Part shown: positions 37,958 through 38,383 of the stretch, in pieces
Layout of the letters: each line of letters opens with the position of its first letter
Numbering within the stretch: position 1 is the first letter of the stretch
IMG/VR virus record: IMGVR_UViG_2711768032_000008
Coordinates: 1 to 38,383 of that record
Direction: 5' to 3' (one strand)
From: a virus
Lineage: Duplodnaviria > Heunggongvirae > Uroviricota > Caudoviricetes
Length of the DNA: 38,383 nucleotides
Program-made: the position numbers and the translations under genes
Notes under the pieces: model-generated
What the model was told of the DNA's origin: nothing
Database searches by the model: none
The model's input: only the letters and a program-made list of their open reading frames with translations

Positions 37958-38383
37958 TGATCCTACCCACGTAATATGGACACAGGCCTAAGCGAGGTTC
38001 TTGTTTTCAAATTGTTCCGGACTGAGGCCGCCACACCAACTGTGCCGCCGCCACCGATTGTAATCACATTCGATATAATTAAACACCGTTGCCCGCATTA
38101 TTTCCCGGCTGATAAAGTGTTCTCCATGGATACATTCCACTTTCAGCGAATGAAAGAAGCTTTCCACGCAGGCATTATCGTAGCAGCAACCTTTTGCGCT
38201 CATACTTCCACGCAGATTATGCCGCTTCAGTTGCGCCTGATAATCTGCTGAACAGTACTGGCCTCCACGGTCCGTGTGAACGATAACGTTCCGGGGCCTC
38301 TTACGCCGCCACAGCGCCATCTGCAGGGCATCGCAGGCCAGTTGCGCCGTCATGCGTGGCGACATTGACCAGCCAATAACGGC
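37958..38383 (-). mobile_element. IS3-family insertion sequence, right end (partial, runs off window)
   Basis: Terminal inverted repeat TGATCCTACCCACGTAATATGGACACAGGCCTAAG starting at 37958; contains the 3' part of a transposase gene. Confidence 0.8.
37988..38383 (-). CDS. IS3-family transposase OrfB, C-terminal fragment (5' end outside window)
   Basis: Translation ...[10 protein letters not shown]...[23 protein letters not shown]... is a DDE transposase C-terminus. Confidence 0.85.

Noticed and set aside
37976-38251. 91-aa plus-strand ORF inside the IS3 fragment
   Set aside because: Antisense to the transposase OrfB reading frame; IS3-family elements encode their genes on one strand.
1-38383. 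CRISPR array or other regular short-repeat array
   Set aside because: No periodic repeat-spacer pattern seen; the only exact long repeat is the 45-bp ssrA att pair.

Overview
Enterobacterial (Escherichia-like) chromosome: smpB and the tmRNA gene ssrA, followed by a roughly 31.4-kb P2/186-like prophage inserted in the 3' end of ssrA. The prophage is bounded by 45-bp direct repeats of the ssrA 3' end (1016-1060 and 32402-32446). It has a full late module on the minus strand (ogr, D, U, T, E/E', FII, FI, tail fibre, baseplate, lysis, head) with divergent P-Q, and a 186-like early module (A, cII, apl/cox, cI, int). Four visibly AT-rich cargo insertions sit at module junctions: an acyltransferase-3 gene at the Z/fun position, a membrane protein between S and V, a KAP-family P-loop NTPase between cos and Q, and a frameshifted membrane-anchored ORF between int and attR. 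Beyond the second ssrA repeat lies a P4/CP4-57-type integrase heading a second AT-rich island. The best candidate for an undescribed system is in that island: an overlapping pair encoding a histidine-kinase-like ATPase and a receiver-domain protein with a ~450-aa C-terminal domain of no recognisable family; the kinase gene's 5' end is interrupted by an IS3-family element at the window edge. All calls are from reading the sequence and ORF translations; no database search was run.
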